From positions 1-40,620 of the forward strand of contig JBHLON010000030.1 in NCBI GenBank assembly GCA_048940445.1: a stretch of 40,620 bases of DNA, given 5' to 3'. Under the pieces are notes generated by a model, which was not told the origin of the DNA, searched no databases, and saw only the letters and a list, made by a program, of their open reading frames with translations. The position numbers and the translations under genes were made by a program. This DNA is from Promethearchaeota archaeon. Lineage in GTDB: Archaea; Asgardarchaeota; Lokiarchaeia; Sigyniarchaeales; SOKP01. This document shows, piece by piece, positions 1-8,863 of this stretch. Positions within the stretch are counted from its first letter, which is position 1; every line of letters starts with the position of its first letter.

Positions 1-932
1 TTTATTGAATCACTGGAAATTCTTTTATTTTGTTCAAAAAAGGAAAGCAATTTTGACTTTTCAAATTCATAAAAGTAAATATTATTAAGTTCCTTGTCCT
101 TTACATAAAGATAAATTTCTTTATCACTAAACTCAGAGTTCTTTATTTTTTCTATGAAATCCTTTAATCTAATTTTATGTTTCTTATTTAATTCTGTAAA
201 ATTATACTTTTTTAAAATTATTAAGGAGTCGACCATTTCACAAATTCCATTTAAATCCTTTTCTTCATCATTAAGCTCTCTTGATGGATAATAGAGTTTC
301 TTACATAACTCAATTAATTGATTATTAAAATCAGCTTCTTTATTTCTTATTTTCATTAGAGAAAGTCTCTTGAGTATTCGCTTAAACCAAAATAAATCGT
401 TAAAGTGGAACTCTTCGCATGTATTTATAAAATCTAATAAAGAATGCAAATTATTATTACTCTCTTCAATTAAAAGGGCTTTTAATATATCTCTTTTATA
501 AGTACATAGAATTTGGGGGTGGTTTTTTATTATTTCTTGTAGAAAGTAATGAATATTGTCTCTCACATCCGGATTTTTATCACTTAATGCTCTAGTAAAA
601 TATGATATATATCTTTCTATATATTTGGAATTATTTAACATTCCAAAACCCAGTATAATTATCGAATTTAACATTAATTCTGGTGAATTTAAAAAATCAG
701 TGATTTTTTTTAATATATCCTCAGTGAGATACTTAAAATTATTTTCTGCTAATACACTTAAAATATAAGTTATTAGAATTCTGCTATTATCTTCCTCTAA
801 CAGAATGTTTAATTCTTCTGTAATTTTCTTTATTTTCTCAGTTTTATTTTTATTTAAATACCTGTTTAGTTTCCCAACGATACTTTCAAGTATTTCGTTA
901 TCTTTAAAATCCTCCAAATTAAACATATTCAT
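1..932 (-). CDS. Large alpha-helical (HEAT/ARM-like) hypothetical protein, 3' end runs off the window
   Basis: Not in the ORF track. Manual translation from ATG 932 (or 926) is open to base 1: MNMFNLEDFKDNEILESIVGKLNRYL...YFTRALSDKNPDVRDNIHYFLQEII...; LSDKNPDVRDN resembles a HEAT-repeat turn. Starts 14 nt after the HAD gene stop, so probably co-transcribed. Confidence 0.8.
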   Translation of the reverse strand, partial: MNMFNLEDFKDNEILESIVGKLNRYLNKNKTEKIKKITEELNILLEEDNSRILITYILSVLAENNFKYLTEDILKKITDFLNSPELMLNSIIILGFGMLNNSKYIERYISYFTRALSDKNPDVRDNIHYFLQEIIKNHPQILCTYKRDILKALLIEESNNNLHSLLDFINTCEEFHFNDLFWFKRILKRLSLMKIRNKEADFNNQLIELCKKLYYPSRELNDEEKDLNGICEMVDSLIILKKYNFTELNKKHKIRLKDFIEKIKNSEFSDKEIYLYVKDKELNNIYFYEFEKSKLLSFFEQNKRISSDSI

Positions 933-945
933 TAATGTTTAATTT

Positions 946-1671
946 TTAGTTCAATAAGAATTTTTTGATTGGTTCAAATTCCAAAAGAAATTCAATACTT
1001 TCAAGGATTACTGTTGGATTGGATTCTTCTAAATCCTTTTTAGCTCCATGACCACTTAATAGCGCGATACTTTTAATTCCCGCATTTTTGGCAGTTTCTA
1101 TATCAGCGGGTAGATCTCCCACAAAATATACATTATTTTTCTTAATTGAATAATTATAGATGGTTTTGATTTGCTCTAATGCCAAAATGATTGGATAAGG
1201 ATTTGGTTTTCGATAAGAGGAATTATCTCGAGAGATATACACGGAAAAAAACTTATCTAAATTTAATAATGACCTGAAAAAATTCAAACGATTTGTGCTT
1301 GTGTTCGAAACTATTCCCATTGGAATTTTATTTGCTTTCAATTTCTTCAAAATATTTTCCATATTTGGTTTTAAGGTTTCATATTTTTCATATTGAGGGT
1401 AAGTACGTTTAAACTTGAAAAAAAAGATAATTCTTTTCCATTTACTAGGAATATATCTTTTATAGCTTTTATAAACACGAATTAAAGCTTTAATCCTATT
1501 TTTTTCATCAGCTTCCTCAAACAGACGTGCAATATCAATTAGTCTCAGTTCCCTAATATTTTTAAATTTATAGAATTTACTTTTTAATAATTTTAATGCC
1601 GTGTACTCAAGAGCTTTCTGAGTAATTATGACACCATCAAAATCAAATAACAAAATAGGAGGATTTAGCAT
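946..1671 (-). CDS. HAD-superfamily hydrolase (phosphoglycolate phosphatase-like)
   Basis: Motif I FDFDGVI, motif II VSN, motif III RKPNP, motif IV VGDLPADIETAKNAG. Confidence 0.9.
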   Translation of the reverse strand: MLNPPILLFDFDGVIITQKALEYTALKLLKSKFYKFKNIRELRLIDIARLFEEADEKNRIKALIRVYKSYKRYIPSKWKRIIFFFKFKRTYPQYEKYETLKPNMENILKKLKANKIPMGIVSNTSTNRLNFFRSLLNLDKFFSVYISRDNSSYRKPNPYPIILALEQIKTIYNYSIKKNNVYFVGDLPADIETAKNAGIKSIALLSGHGAKKDLEESNPTVILESIEFLLEFEPIKKFLLN

Positions 1672-1858
1672 ATGTACTACTAAAAATTTACTTTAATTCT
1701 TAAATCTAATGGAATATTTTTGTCTTTTTTTAATATTAAGCTTTCCCAAATCTTATATTATTCTATGTATAAGAAGGTTTTTTAAATAGCATATCTATAT
1801 ATAATGTTAATAACTCGTTTATTTAATAAAAAAATATTAAGATTGCTAGAAAAAGTAT

Positions 1859-2530
1859 GTGATAATGATGTCTGAACAAAAAGTTAAGTCTATAACTGAA
1901 ATTAAGTTACGATCCTATCCAAAAGTAATCTTTTTTTATCCCCTACTTATTGCGAGTTTTGTCCTATGGATTTTACAATGGATTTACGTGGATCCAGTAG
2001 CTTGGTTCGGCAACGTATGGGTAATTATATTCTTTGTGAATCTCTTTATAATTGCCTTTGATTTTTCATCCACCAAATTTTTCCTTCTTCTTCTTGCCGT
2101 AGTAATTGTTGCATTGGTTCTAATATTCTTAATTCCTGGTGGTTTTATACCGACTCCCACTGTTGAGTTTAATTTGGGATTAACAACAGAATTCTATTTT
2201 GTAGCAATGATCATATTAATTTTTATTTTAGGACTAGTCATTCTTAGTGCGCAATTTGACTATTGGAAAATTGAAAGAAACGAAATATATCATAAGAAAG
2301 GAATATTTACTTCAGCAGAACGAATCCCAACTAAAAGTTTAAGAATTAAAAAGGAAATTCCAGATGTATTTGAGTTTTTCACATTGAGAGCAGGATCAGT
2401 TACACTTATGCCGGGTCACGGTGATGTAATTCCTTTAACTACAGTTTTAAACGTGAATAAGAAAGCTGAGCAGATTGATTGGCTGTTAAGTCATATTAGT
2501 ATGGAACCTGATGAATTAGATGGTATGTAA
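1859..2530 (+). CDS. Four-TM membrane protein with soluble beta-rich C-terminal domain (possibly bacterial PH-like)
   Basis: Four hydrophobic segments followed by DYWKIERNEIYHKKGIF...GSVTL. True start probably an ATG at 1865 or 1868. Confidence 0.7.
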   Translation: MIMMSEQKVKSITEIKLRSYPKVIFFYPLLIASFVLWILQWIYVDPVAWFGNVWVIIFFVNLFIIAFDFSSTKFFLLLLAVVIVALVLIFLIPGGFIPTPTVEFNLGLTTEFYFVAMIILIFILGLVILSAQFDYWKIERNEIYHKKGIFTSAERIPTKSLRIKKEIPDVFEFFTLRAGSVTLMPGHGDVIPLTTVLNVNKKAEQIDWLLSHISMEPDELDGM

Positions 2531-2559
2531 TGGGAAATATATTAATTTGATAAATAATC

Positions 2560-2580
2560 TCTATTTTTTATTTTTTTAAA
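2560..2580 (+). terminator. T-rich archaeal terminator between convergent genes
   Basis: ctattttttatttttttaaa about 30 nt after the stop at 2530. Confidence 0.4.
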
Positions 2581-2615
2581 AAATCTAAGTTTAAGTATAA
2601 TTGAATTTTGAGCTT

Positions 2616-3368
2616 TTAAAAGTAATCCCTTATAGATTTTACCATTCTATAAGAATAAGCTATTTGTTGATTTCCTTGATCACTAATCCCCATATGACCC
2701 GGAAGTAGATAGTTTACATCTAAACTAGTAACAAATTTGATGGATTCAGTTAACAGTTTCAAAGATCCTCCAGGAAAATCGTAACGACCGAAACTCCCTC
2801 CTGTAAATACTAAATCTCCGGGGATTAATACTTTCTTGTTAGGTTCATAGTAAATAACTGAACCCATCGAATGTCCAGGAGAATGAAAAATCTGAAAATT
2901 AAATTCATTAAATACATTAATTAATTTTTCTGTACTTAATCTTTCAATATTTAAGGGAGTAATACTTACACCAAACATACTAGCACTTATTCCAAGATTA
3001 CCTGGAAAAATGCGTGATTCATTACCTTCTTGCAAAATTTTGGCTGTTTCTCCATATGCATAGATTTCTGGTTTGCTATCTTTTAATAAATCTATCAATG
3101 GATAAAGACCAAGAACGTGATCAACATGTTCATGAGTGATAAAAACTTTTTTTATATGATTGTAATCCAACTTAACCTCTTTCATTCCCTCTATCAAACC
3201 TTTTAATGATATACCATTTCCAGCATCAAAAAGTGCCAGTTCTTTGGAAGTGGGATCCTTAATTATATATTGATTGCAATCTAACATAGGGTTTTCGCTA
3301 AAGTAATACAAATTATTTATTACTTTTTGACCTTTCTTCTTTGAACTACTAATTCCTGAGAAAAACAT
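2616..3368 (-). CDS. MBL-fold metallo-hydrolase (glyoxalase II-like)
   Basis: THEHVDHV (HxHxDH), SPGHS, PGDLVF, LPGH. Confidence 0.9.
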   Translation of the reverse strand: MFFSGISSSKKKGQKVINNLYYFSENPMLDCNQYIIKDPTSKELALFDAGNGISLKGLIEGMKEVKLDYNHIKKVFITHEHVDHVLGLYPLIDLLKDSKPEIYAYGETAKILQEGNESRIFPGNLGISASMFGVSITPLNIERLSTEKLINVFNEFNFQIFHSPGHSMGSVIYYEPNKKVLIPGDLVFTGGSFGRYDFPGGSLKLLTESIKFVTSLDVNYLLPGHMGISDQGNQQIAYSYRMVKSIRDYF

Positions 3369-3471
3369 AGCTAATACCTTAAAGTATGCAAAAATAAAAA
3401 CTACAATCTTTTAATTTTTTATCATTCAAAAATATAAAAAGTAATTAAATCTAAAAAATAATCTATTTACT

Positions 3472-3882
3472 ATGGAAGATCAACCAGAAAATCTGGCTAA
3501 TATTGAAGCCTTAAAACATAAAATTGGATTCGGAATAAAAATTTGGTTAGAATTTCAAAATAATCAACGAAAGAACATTCTAGGCTCAGGGTGGGCAAAA
3601 TTATTAGAAAGTATAAATGTGAATCAAAAGGAAGAACCTAAATCCTTGACTGTAGCAGCTAAAGAATGTGGCTATTCCTATAAATATGCATGGAATATAT
3701 TAAAAAGAATTGAAAAAAGAACTGGTATCTCTCCCGTATTAACTGCAAAGGGAGGTGCTGGTGGTGGAGGGTACGTAAAATTAAACGAATGGGGGAAATA
3801 TTTGTTAAAAACTTATAAGAATTTACTGTATGAGTTAAAAGAAGTTGAGAAAAAACTTGAAAAAACCTTTAAAATAACCTAG
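3472..3882 (+). CDS. ModE-type winged-helix DNA-binding protein (N-terminal domain only)
   Basis: KIWLE..LGSGWAKLLESI..SLTVAAKECGYSYKYAWNILKRIE..KGGAGGGYVKLNEWG matches the ModE HTH pattern; no TOBE/molybdate-binding domain. Confidence 0.85.
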   Translation: MEDQPENLANIEALKHKIGFGIKIWLEFQNNQRKNILGSGWAKLLESINVNQKEEPKSLTVAAKECGYSYKYAWNILKRIEKRTGISPVLTAKGGAGGGGYVKLNEWGKYLLKTYKNLLYELKEVEKKLEKTFKIT

Positions 3883-3976
3883 TAATTAGATTTTAATTGT
3901 ATCAATCATTGCTAAAATTAAGAATATCAATATTGTTTCTGATTTTAAGTTAATGAGATATTAATAGGGAGATTAT

Positions 3977-4402
3977 GTGGAAGAAATAATTCGGAAATTC
4001 AATGAAGTAAAAGTATCTGAATTTATGATAAAAGAACCTATTTTTATTACACCTAATGAGAAAGTCAGTACCACTGAACTGCTAATGTTAAGGAAAAATG
4101 TGGGAAGCCTTCCTGTAGTTAACAATTCTAAAGATAAGAGAGTAATAGGAATTATTACTCAAAGAGATATTAGGTTAGCTCGATTTGCCATGGATTTAGA
4201 ATCCCCAAATACACGAGTTAGAGATTTGATGACTCCAGATCCCATTGTTGCAAAAGTCACAGATTCGTTAGTACAAGTTTTGGAGAATTTAGTGAAGAAT
4301 AACATTGAACGTTTACCAGTAATAAATGATAATCAAAATTTAATCGGTTATATTACTAAACAATCTATAATCGAAACCATATATAAACGTCTCTATCAAT
4401 AG
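3977..4402 (+). CDS. CBS domain pair protein
   Basis: Two CBS repeats (VSEFM..LPVV..GIITQRD; VRDLMT..LPVI..GYITKQS); GTG start preceded by GGGAGA. Confidence 0.9.
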   Translation: MEEIIRKFNEVKVSEFMIKEPIFITPNEKVSTTELLMLRKNVGSLPVVNNSKDKRVIGIITQRDIRLARFAMDLESPNTRVRDLMTPDPIVAKVTDSLVQVLENLVKNNIERLPVINDNQNLIGYITKQSIIETIYKRLYQ

Positions 4403-4537
4403 AAACATCTCTTTTTTTCAGACATTTTATATGATTATCATATTTAAAAAAAACACATACATATTTTTATTACAATCAATACTTTATGTTTATAGATATT
4501 ATAGTACATTTGAAACTAAAAGTTAAAATGAAGTAAT

Positions 4538-6064
4538 ATGGCATTACCTCTACCAGGAACTCCTATAATTCTTGATATTGGATCAGCTTATACAAAGGTA
4601 GGATTTGCAGGAGAGCCTAGTCCTAGGTTTGTATTTCCCACAATAACTGGTACGGAAAAGTATAAAGCTGTTATGGTTGATGTGAGTGCAAGGAATATAT
4701 ATGTGGGGAATGACGCTGCAAAAATGCGTGGAGTTTTAAAAATCAAACGACCAATAGAAAGGGGAGCAATAATGGATTGGAATGATTATTATGAAATTTT
4801 AAATTATTGTTTTTATTCCCTTTTAAGAGTCCCCGATCTTTCTCAATATCCTGTTTTGTATACTGAACCTCCATTTTTACAAAAAGAAACTAAAGAATAC
4901 ATTGCACAAGTATTATTTGAAACTCATCGCGTAGAAAAACTGATTATGGTTCCCACGCCTATCCTGTCAACATTTAGCGTTGGATTAACAACTGGTTTAG
5001 TAATTGAAAGTGGAGATGGTATTACCTGGATTTGCCCAATTATCAATGGTCAAATTATTGACCAAACAGTACAAAAATTGACTTTGGCGGGTACAGATGT
5101 TAATCAGTATCTTAAAAACTTATTAATGAGAGAGGGGATACATATTGAATCTAGTGCAGTGGATGAGATTGTTAAGGATATGAAAGAGCGTAATTGCTAT
5201 TTTGTATTAGATCCTAAAAATCCTCCAAAGAAGGATGAAAAGTTTAGCACTACCATGCCAGATGGTTCCACTTTAAATGTACCACATTACATCTTTCACG
5301 AAGCACCCGAAGTACTATTTCAGCCTAGCCTTATTGGATACCCAATTGATAATATTCCTCAAGCAACTATAAAAAGTTTAGAAGGAATTGATAAGTATTA
5401 TTGGAGTGAACTTTTATCGCATATCGTTTTATCTGGAGGTAATTTATCCTATTCTGGTTTTGAAGAACGATTAGCGTTAGAATTATCAAATTTACTGCCT
5501 CAATTAGGAAAGATTCCTAAACCTAAACAAGAGAAATCATCATCTAAAGGAAAATCCCAACTTAAGTCTCTTGAAGTGGTGAAAAAACAAGAAGATACTT
5601 GTCCTCATTGTGGAACTAGAGTAGATTTATCCGACGGCAAAGAATTATGTCCTTCATGTGGAGGGCGAATTGTGTTACCGGAACTTACAATTAATTTAAA
5701 TGAATCAAATAAACAAGCGCCAATTATTGATGGGAAACTTTTTTGTCCTCATTGTGGAAAAAGTATTCCTGATAGCGCCTCAATTTTTTGCCCATATTGT
5801 GGAAAAAGTGTTGAGACTTCTGAAATTAAAGAGAGTTCTAAGAAAGTAATTGATTCACCTCCTCCTGCCAAAGAATTTGCTGGCTTCTTCGAATCATCTG
5901 ATGAAGTACTAAACTTCTTTGTTCCGGATAATCTTATGTATTCTATCTTTAATGGAGCAGCGATTTTAGGAACGCTCCCTTCATTTCTAAGATTGTTTAT
6001 TACTTACGAACAATTCCTTTCGAATAAGGATCTTTTATATAAAGATATAAGTGAAATTTTCTGA
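4538..6064 (+). CDS. Actin-related protein (Asgard ARP) with double zinc-ribbon insertion
   Basis: Actin motifs DIGSAYTKVGFAGEPSPRFVFP, YVGNDA, PIERG, PVLYTEPP, FET, TTGLVIESGDG, LAG, MPDG, APEVLFQPSLIG, IVLSGG, YSIFNGAAILGTL. About 130-aa insert with CPHC/CPSC/CPHC/CPYC. Confidence 0.93.
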   Translation: MALPLPGTPIILDIGSAYTKVGFAGEPSPRFVFPTITGTEKYKAVMVDVSARNIYVGNDAAKMRGVLKIKRPIERGAIMDWNDYYEILNYCFYSLLRVPDLSQYPVLYTEPPFLQKETKEYIAQVLFETHRVEKLIMVPTPILSTFSVGLTTGLVIESGDGITWICPIINGQIIDQTVQKLTLAGTDVNQYLKNLLMREGIHIESSAVDEIVKDMKERNCYFVLDPKNPPKKDEKFSTTMPDGSTLNVPHYIFHEAPEVLFQPSLIGYPIDNIPQATIKSLEGIDKYYWSELLSHIVLSGGNLSYSGFEERLALELSNLLPQLGKIPKPKQEKSSSKGKSQLKSLEVVKKQEDTCPHCGTRVDLSDGKELCPSCGGRIVLPELTINLNESNKQAPIIDGKLFCPHCGKSIPDSASIFCPYCGKSVETSEIKESSKKVIDSPPPAKEFAGFFESSDEVLNFFVPDNLMYSIFNGAAILGTLPSFLRLFITYEQFLSNKDLLYKDISEIF

Positions 6065-6194
6065 ATTTTTAAAGTACTTTTTTTAAATATATCCTAAAAT
6101 TATGATTTATATCTTATAATTTAGTTAATTTTTAATTCCAAGCTAAATTAAAAAAATTAAAATTTATTTTTGAACCACTTTGAGGTTTTTTTAA

Positions 6195-7295
6195 TTGAAA
6201 AGTAAATTACGGAGCTTAACAGTAATTGCTATAATTTTTTCCTTATTCTTCGTAATTCTTCCATCAGTTTCAGCGAAAACAAGACAAAGCTATTTAGTGG
6301 ACTTTCTCTATCATAATTATAACGAAAATCGGCGTTTTGGTAATAATTTTGAGGATACTTTCTATGCCTTAGAGATAATCAATCATTACAATTTATACTC
6401 AATCCCAGTCTTATTTGGAACTGAAGTTAAAATTGATAAACCTACATTTATTGATAATTTAAAAACAGATTTAGAGGAACTGTTTGAGGACAATGGTGTT
6501 AACCTTTATGTTTTATTCTATATATTAAGTTGTCTGAACATATTAAATGGGTTAGAATCATTAGATTCGAATATAAGGCATAAAATAAACGAATATGTTA
6601 ATCAAACCGTACAACCATCTGGTGGTTTTTCAATTACAAATTCATCCAAAGTAGCGAATCTCATCTCAACCTTTATGGCTTATAAAGTATATGGTTTGTT
6701 AGGGGAACCTATTATTAATGAAACAACCCATATAAACTGGATACTCTCTTGTAATAATACTGATGGGGGTTATGGAGCTAACCAGACTTTACCCTCAACA
6801 ATTTCAACAACATATTATGCAACTTATCTAATTTATGAGTTCTCTTCAATCCTAGTTAACGAATCTGCCACATTAAACTATCTAACATCATTCTATTGTA
6901 GTGACTCATATGATAAAGTTAATTATGGTGGATATTTCCCTAATCAAGTATCTGATAACACATTATTAAGTAGTACTTATTATTGTGTTAAATCTATTGA
7001 TTTAATCGACAATTCGAAGTTGCATCCAGATTCGACAACAAATTGGATATTAGGCCATCAAAATTTTCAAGATGGTGGATTTATAGAAAACCCCTCCGCT
7101 CAAGGTCAGGAATCTTCCTCGATAGCAGCATCCTATTATGCATTTAAATCATTACAGATCTTAAATGCACTTAGTTATTTAGATCAAGATGTCTTTATGG
7201 TCGAGTTTAACTACACAATTTTAATTATAGTACTCGCTATAATAGGTATAATAGCTGTGGTCATTGCCTTTATTTGGAAAAAAAGAAAAATATAA
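6195..7295 (+). CDS. Prenyltransferase/squalene-cyclase-repeat (alpha/alpha barrel) protein with signal peptide and C-terminal TM anchor
   Basis: Repeats QPSGGFS, CNNTDGGYG, NYGGYF, QNFQDGGF, each followed by an ST(YY)A-type helix. Hydrophobic N-terminus ending VSA|K; C-terminal TM plus WKKRKI. GAGGT 8 nt before the TTG start. Confidence 0.8.
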   Translation: MKSKLRSLTVIAIIFSLFFVILPSVSAKTRQSYLVDFLYHNYNENRRFGNNFEDTFYALEIINHYNLYSIPVLFGTEVKIDKPTFIDNLKTDLEELFEDNGVNLYVLFYILSCLNILNGLESLDSNIRHKINEYVNQTVQPSGGFSITNSSKVANLISTFMAYKVYGLLGEPIINETTHINWILSCNNTDGGYGANQTLPSTISTTYYATYLIYEFSSILVNESATLNYLTSFYCSDSYDKVNYGGYFPNQVSDNTLLSSTYYCVKSIDLIDNSKLHPDSTTNWILGHQNFQDGGFIENPSAQGQESSSIAASYYAFKSLQILNALSYLDQDVFMVEFNYTILIIVLAIIGIIAVVIAFIWKKRKI

Positions 7296-7407
7296 CTCTA
7301 ATCTTATTTTTAATAATCATCTAATAATATTTAATTAAATCCTTTGGCTTACAATTTTATATATTGATTTTTTTATTCCTAAATGAATTATCTTAATTTG
7401 ATTAATC

Positions 7408-8265
7408 ATGGAAAAAGTCCTTGATGGTAAAAAATTAGCAGAAAAACTTAATTCTGATTTAAAAGCAGAAATAAAAAATCACTATGAACAAACAGGAATT
7501 AAACCAAAACTGGCAGCTATTCTAGTGGGTGAAGATCCTGCCTCTGAAATCTATGTAAACATGAAGAGAAAAAAATGTGAACAAGTTGGTATTGATTCGA
7601 TTTTGATAAAGCTAGATAAGCATATTTCAGTTGAAAAATTATTTGATGAAATAGATAAACTGAACAGTGATGAGACTGTTCACGGTATTCTCTTACAAAT
7701 TCCTATTCCTGTAAAGTTCAAGGAAATAAAGTCAAAGATATTAGAAAAGATTTCTCCCATTAAAGATGTTGATGGTTTTAATCCCATTAACAAGGGGATG
7801 CTCTTTGATTACAAAGAAGAATTAGCACCGTGCACTCCTAAAGGTATTATTGCTTTACTTGAACATAATAATATCGTGATTCAAGGTAAAGATGTTGTAA
7901 TTGTAAATCGTTCCAACCTCGTTGGAAAACCTCTTATCTTTATGCTTCTAAAACGTAATGCAACTGTTACTATCTGTCACACGTCTACCAAAAATCTTGA
8001 AAATCATATGCGAAGGGCAGATATATTAGTTGTAGCTGTAGGAAAGCCAAAATTTATCACTAAGAATAAAATAAAAGAAGGAGTCATTATTATCGATGTG
8101 GGACAAAATAGAGTCCAAGGAAAATTATACGGTGATGCAGATTTTGAAGACGTATTTGAGAAATGTGGAGCCATAACTCCTACACCCGGAGGAATTGGAC
8201 CATTAACTGTTGCTTTCTTGCTTCAAAACACTTTAATTGCATATAAAAAACAATTAAAAATTTAA
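7408..8265 (+). CDS. folD: Bifunctional methylenetetrahydrofolate dehydrogenase/cyclohydrolase
   Basis: LDGK, DPASEIYV..K, HGILLQIP, KDVDGF, PCTPKG, RSNLVGKP, ATVTICH, IDVG, GD.DF, TPTPGGIGPLTVA.L..N. Confidence 0.96.
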   Translation: MEKVLDGKKLAEKLNSDLKAEIKNHYEQTGIKPKLAAILVGEDPASEIYVNMKRKKCEQVGIDSILIKLDKHISVEKLFDEIDKLNSDETVHGILLQIPIPVKFKEIKSKILEKISPIKDVDGFNPINKGMLFDYKEELAPCTPKGIIALLEHNNIVIQGKDVVIVNRSNLVGKPLIFMLLKRNATVTICHTSTKNLENHMRRADILVVAVGKPKFITKNKIKEGVIIIDVGQNRVQGKLYGDADFEDVFEKCGAITPTPGGIGPLTVAFLLQNTLIAYKKQLKI

Positions 8266-8361
8266 AAAGTCACACTTTAAAAGAATTAGAAATAAATACA
8301 TTTATTATTAATATAAGACATATAAAGGATTATCAGTAAAAATTAAATACTTCTTGAAATT

Positions 8362-8814
8362 ATGGCAATTCTCGAGTGCGGAATAAATCTAGGAATGAGA
8401 AATTTGATTGACATTCGTTATTATTCATCCTCGGACAATTTATTAGATCCAAATCTGAGAGCAGGATTTCTTTCCGCCCTTGAATCTTTTACTAGTGAGG
8501 TTTTTGGAGATGATATCAATGTGGTCTCATTAGCTTCATTCAAACTTGTATGTTACTGTGATTTAATAGCATTGCCTAATGAAGAATCAAATAAACAACC
8601 ACTTTTATCGTATGCAATCATAGAAAAAGAGACAGACACAGAACTTGTAAAGAAATTTTTAAGAAAAATAAATTCCCATTTTTTAAACAGATATTCTCTT
8701 AATGACATTTTTTCAAAGAAAGAAAATTATTTTAAAGGTTTCATCGATCGAATCAATGGAATTCTCGGAGATTTAAGACTAAAAACAGAAGATCGATTTC
8801 GATCAATTTTTTAA
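8362..8814 (+). CDS. Longin-like domain protein
   Basis: 150 aa; DPNLRAGFLSALESF helix, then beta strands, then the LRKINSHFLNRY helix: the pattern typical of Asgard longin/sedlin-like proteins. Confidence 0.65.
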   Translation: MAILECGINLGMRNLIDIRYYSSSDNLLDPNLRAGFLSALESFTSEVFGDDINVVSLASFKLVCYCDLIALPNEESNKQPLLSYAIIEKETDTELVKKFLRKINSHFLNRYSLNDIFSKKENYFKGFIDRINGILGDLRLKTEDRFRSIF

Positions 8815-8863
8815 ATCTAAGTGATCATTATCTTTGAATTAATTACTTTGGTGTTAATAATTT

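Noticed and set aside
556-768. 70-aa + strand ORF
   Set aside because: Antisense shadow of the long minus-strand gene at 1..932.
6062-6064. UGA stops (6064, 33400, 38594) as selenocysteine read-through
   Set aside because: Each falls at the natural end of its protein, none at a Cys-equivalent site, and I recognised no SECIS-like stem.
7275-7295. WKKRKI as a KKxx/KxKxx ER-retrieval signal
   Set aside because: Position -3 is Arg; the positive-inside rule explains the tail.
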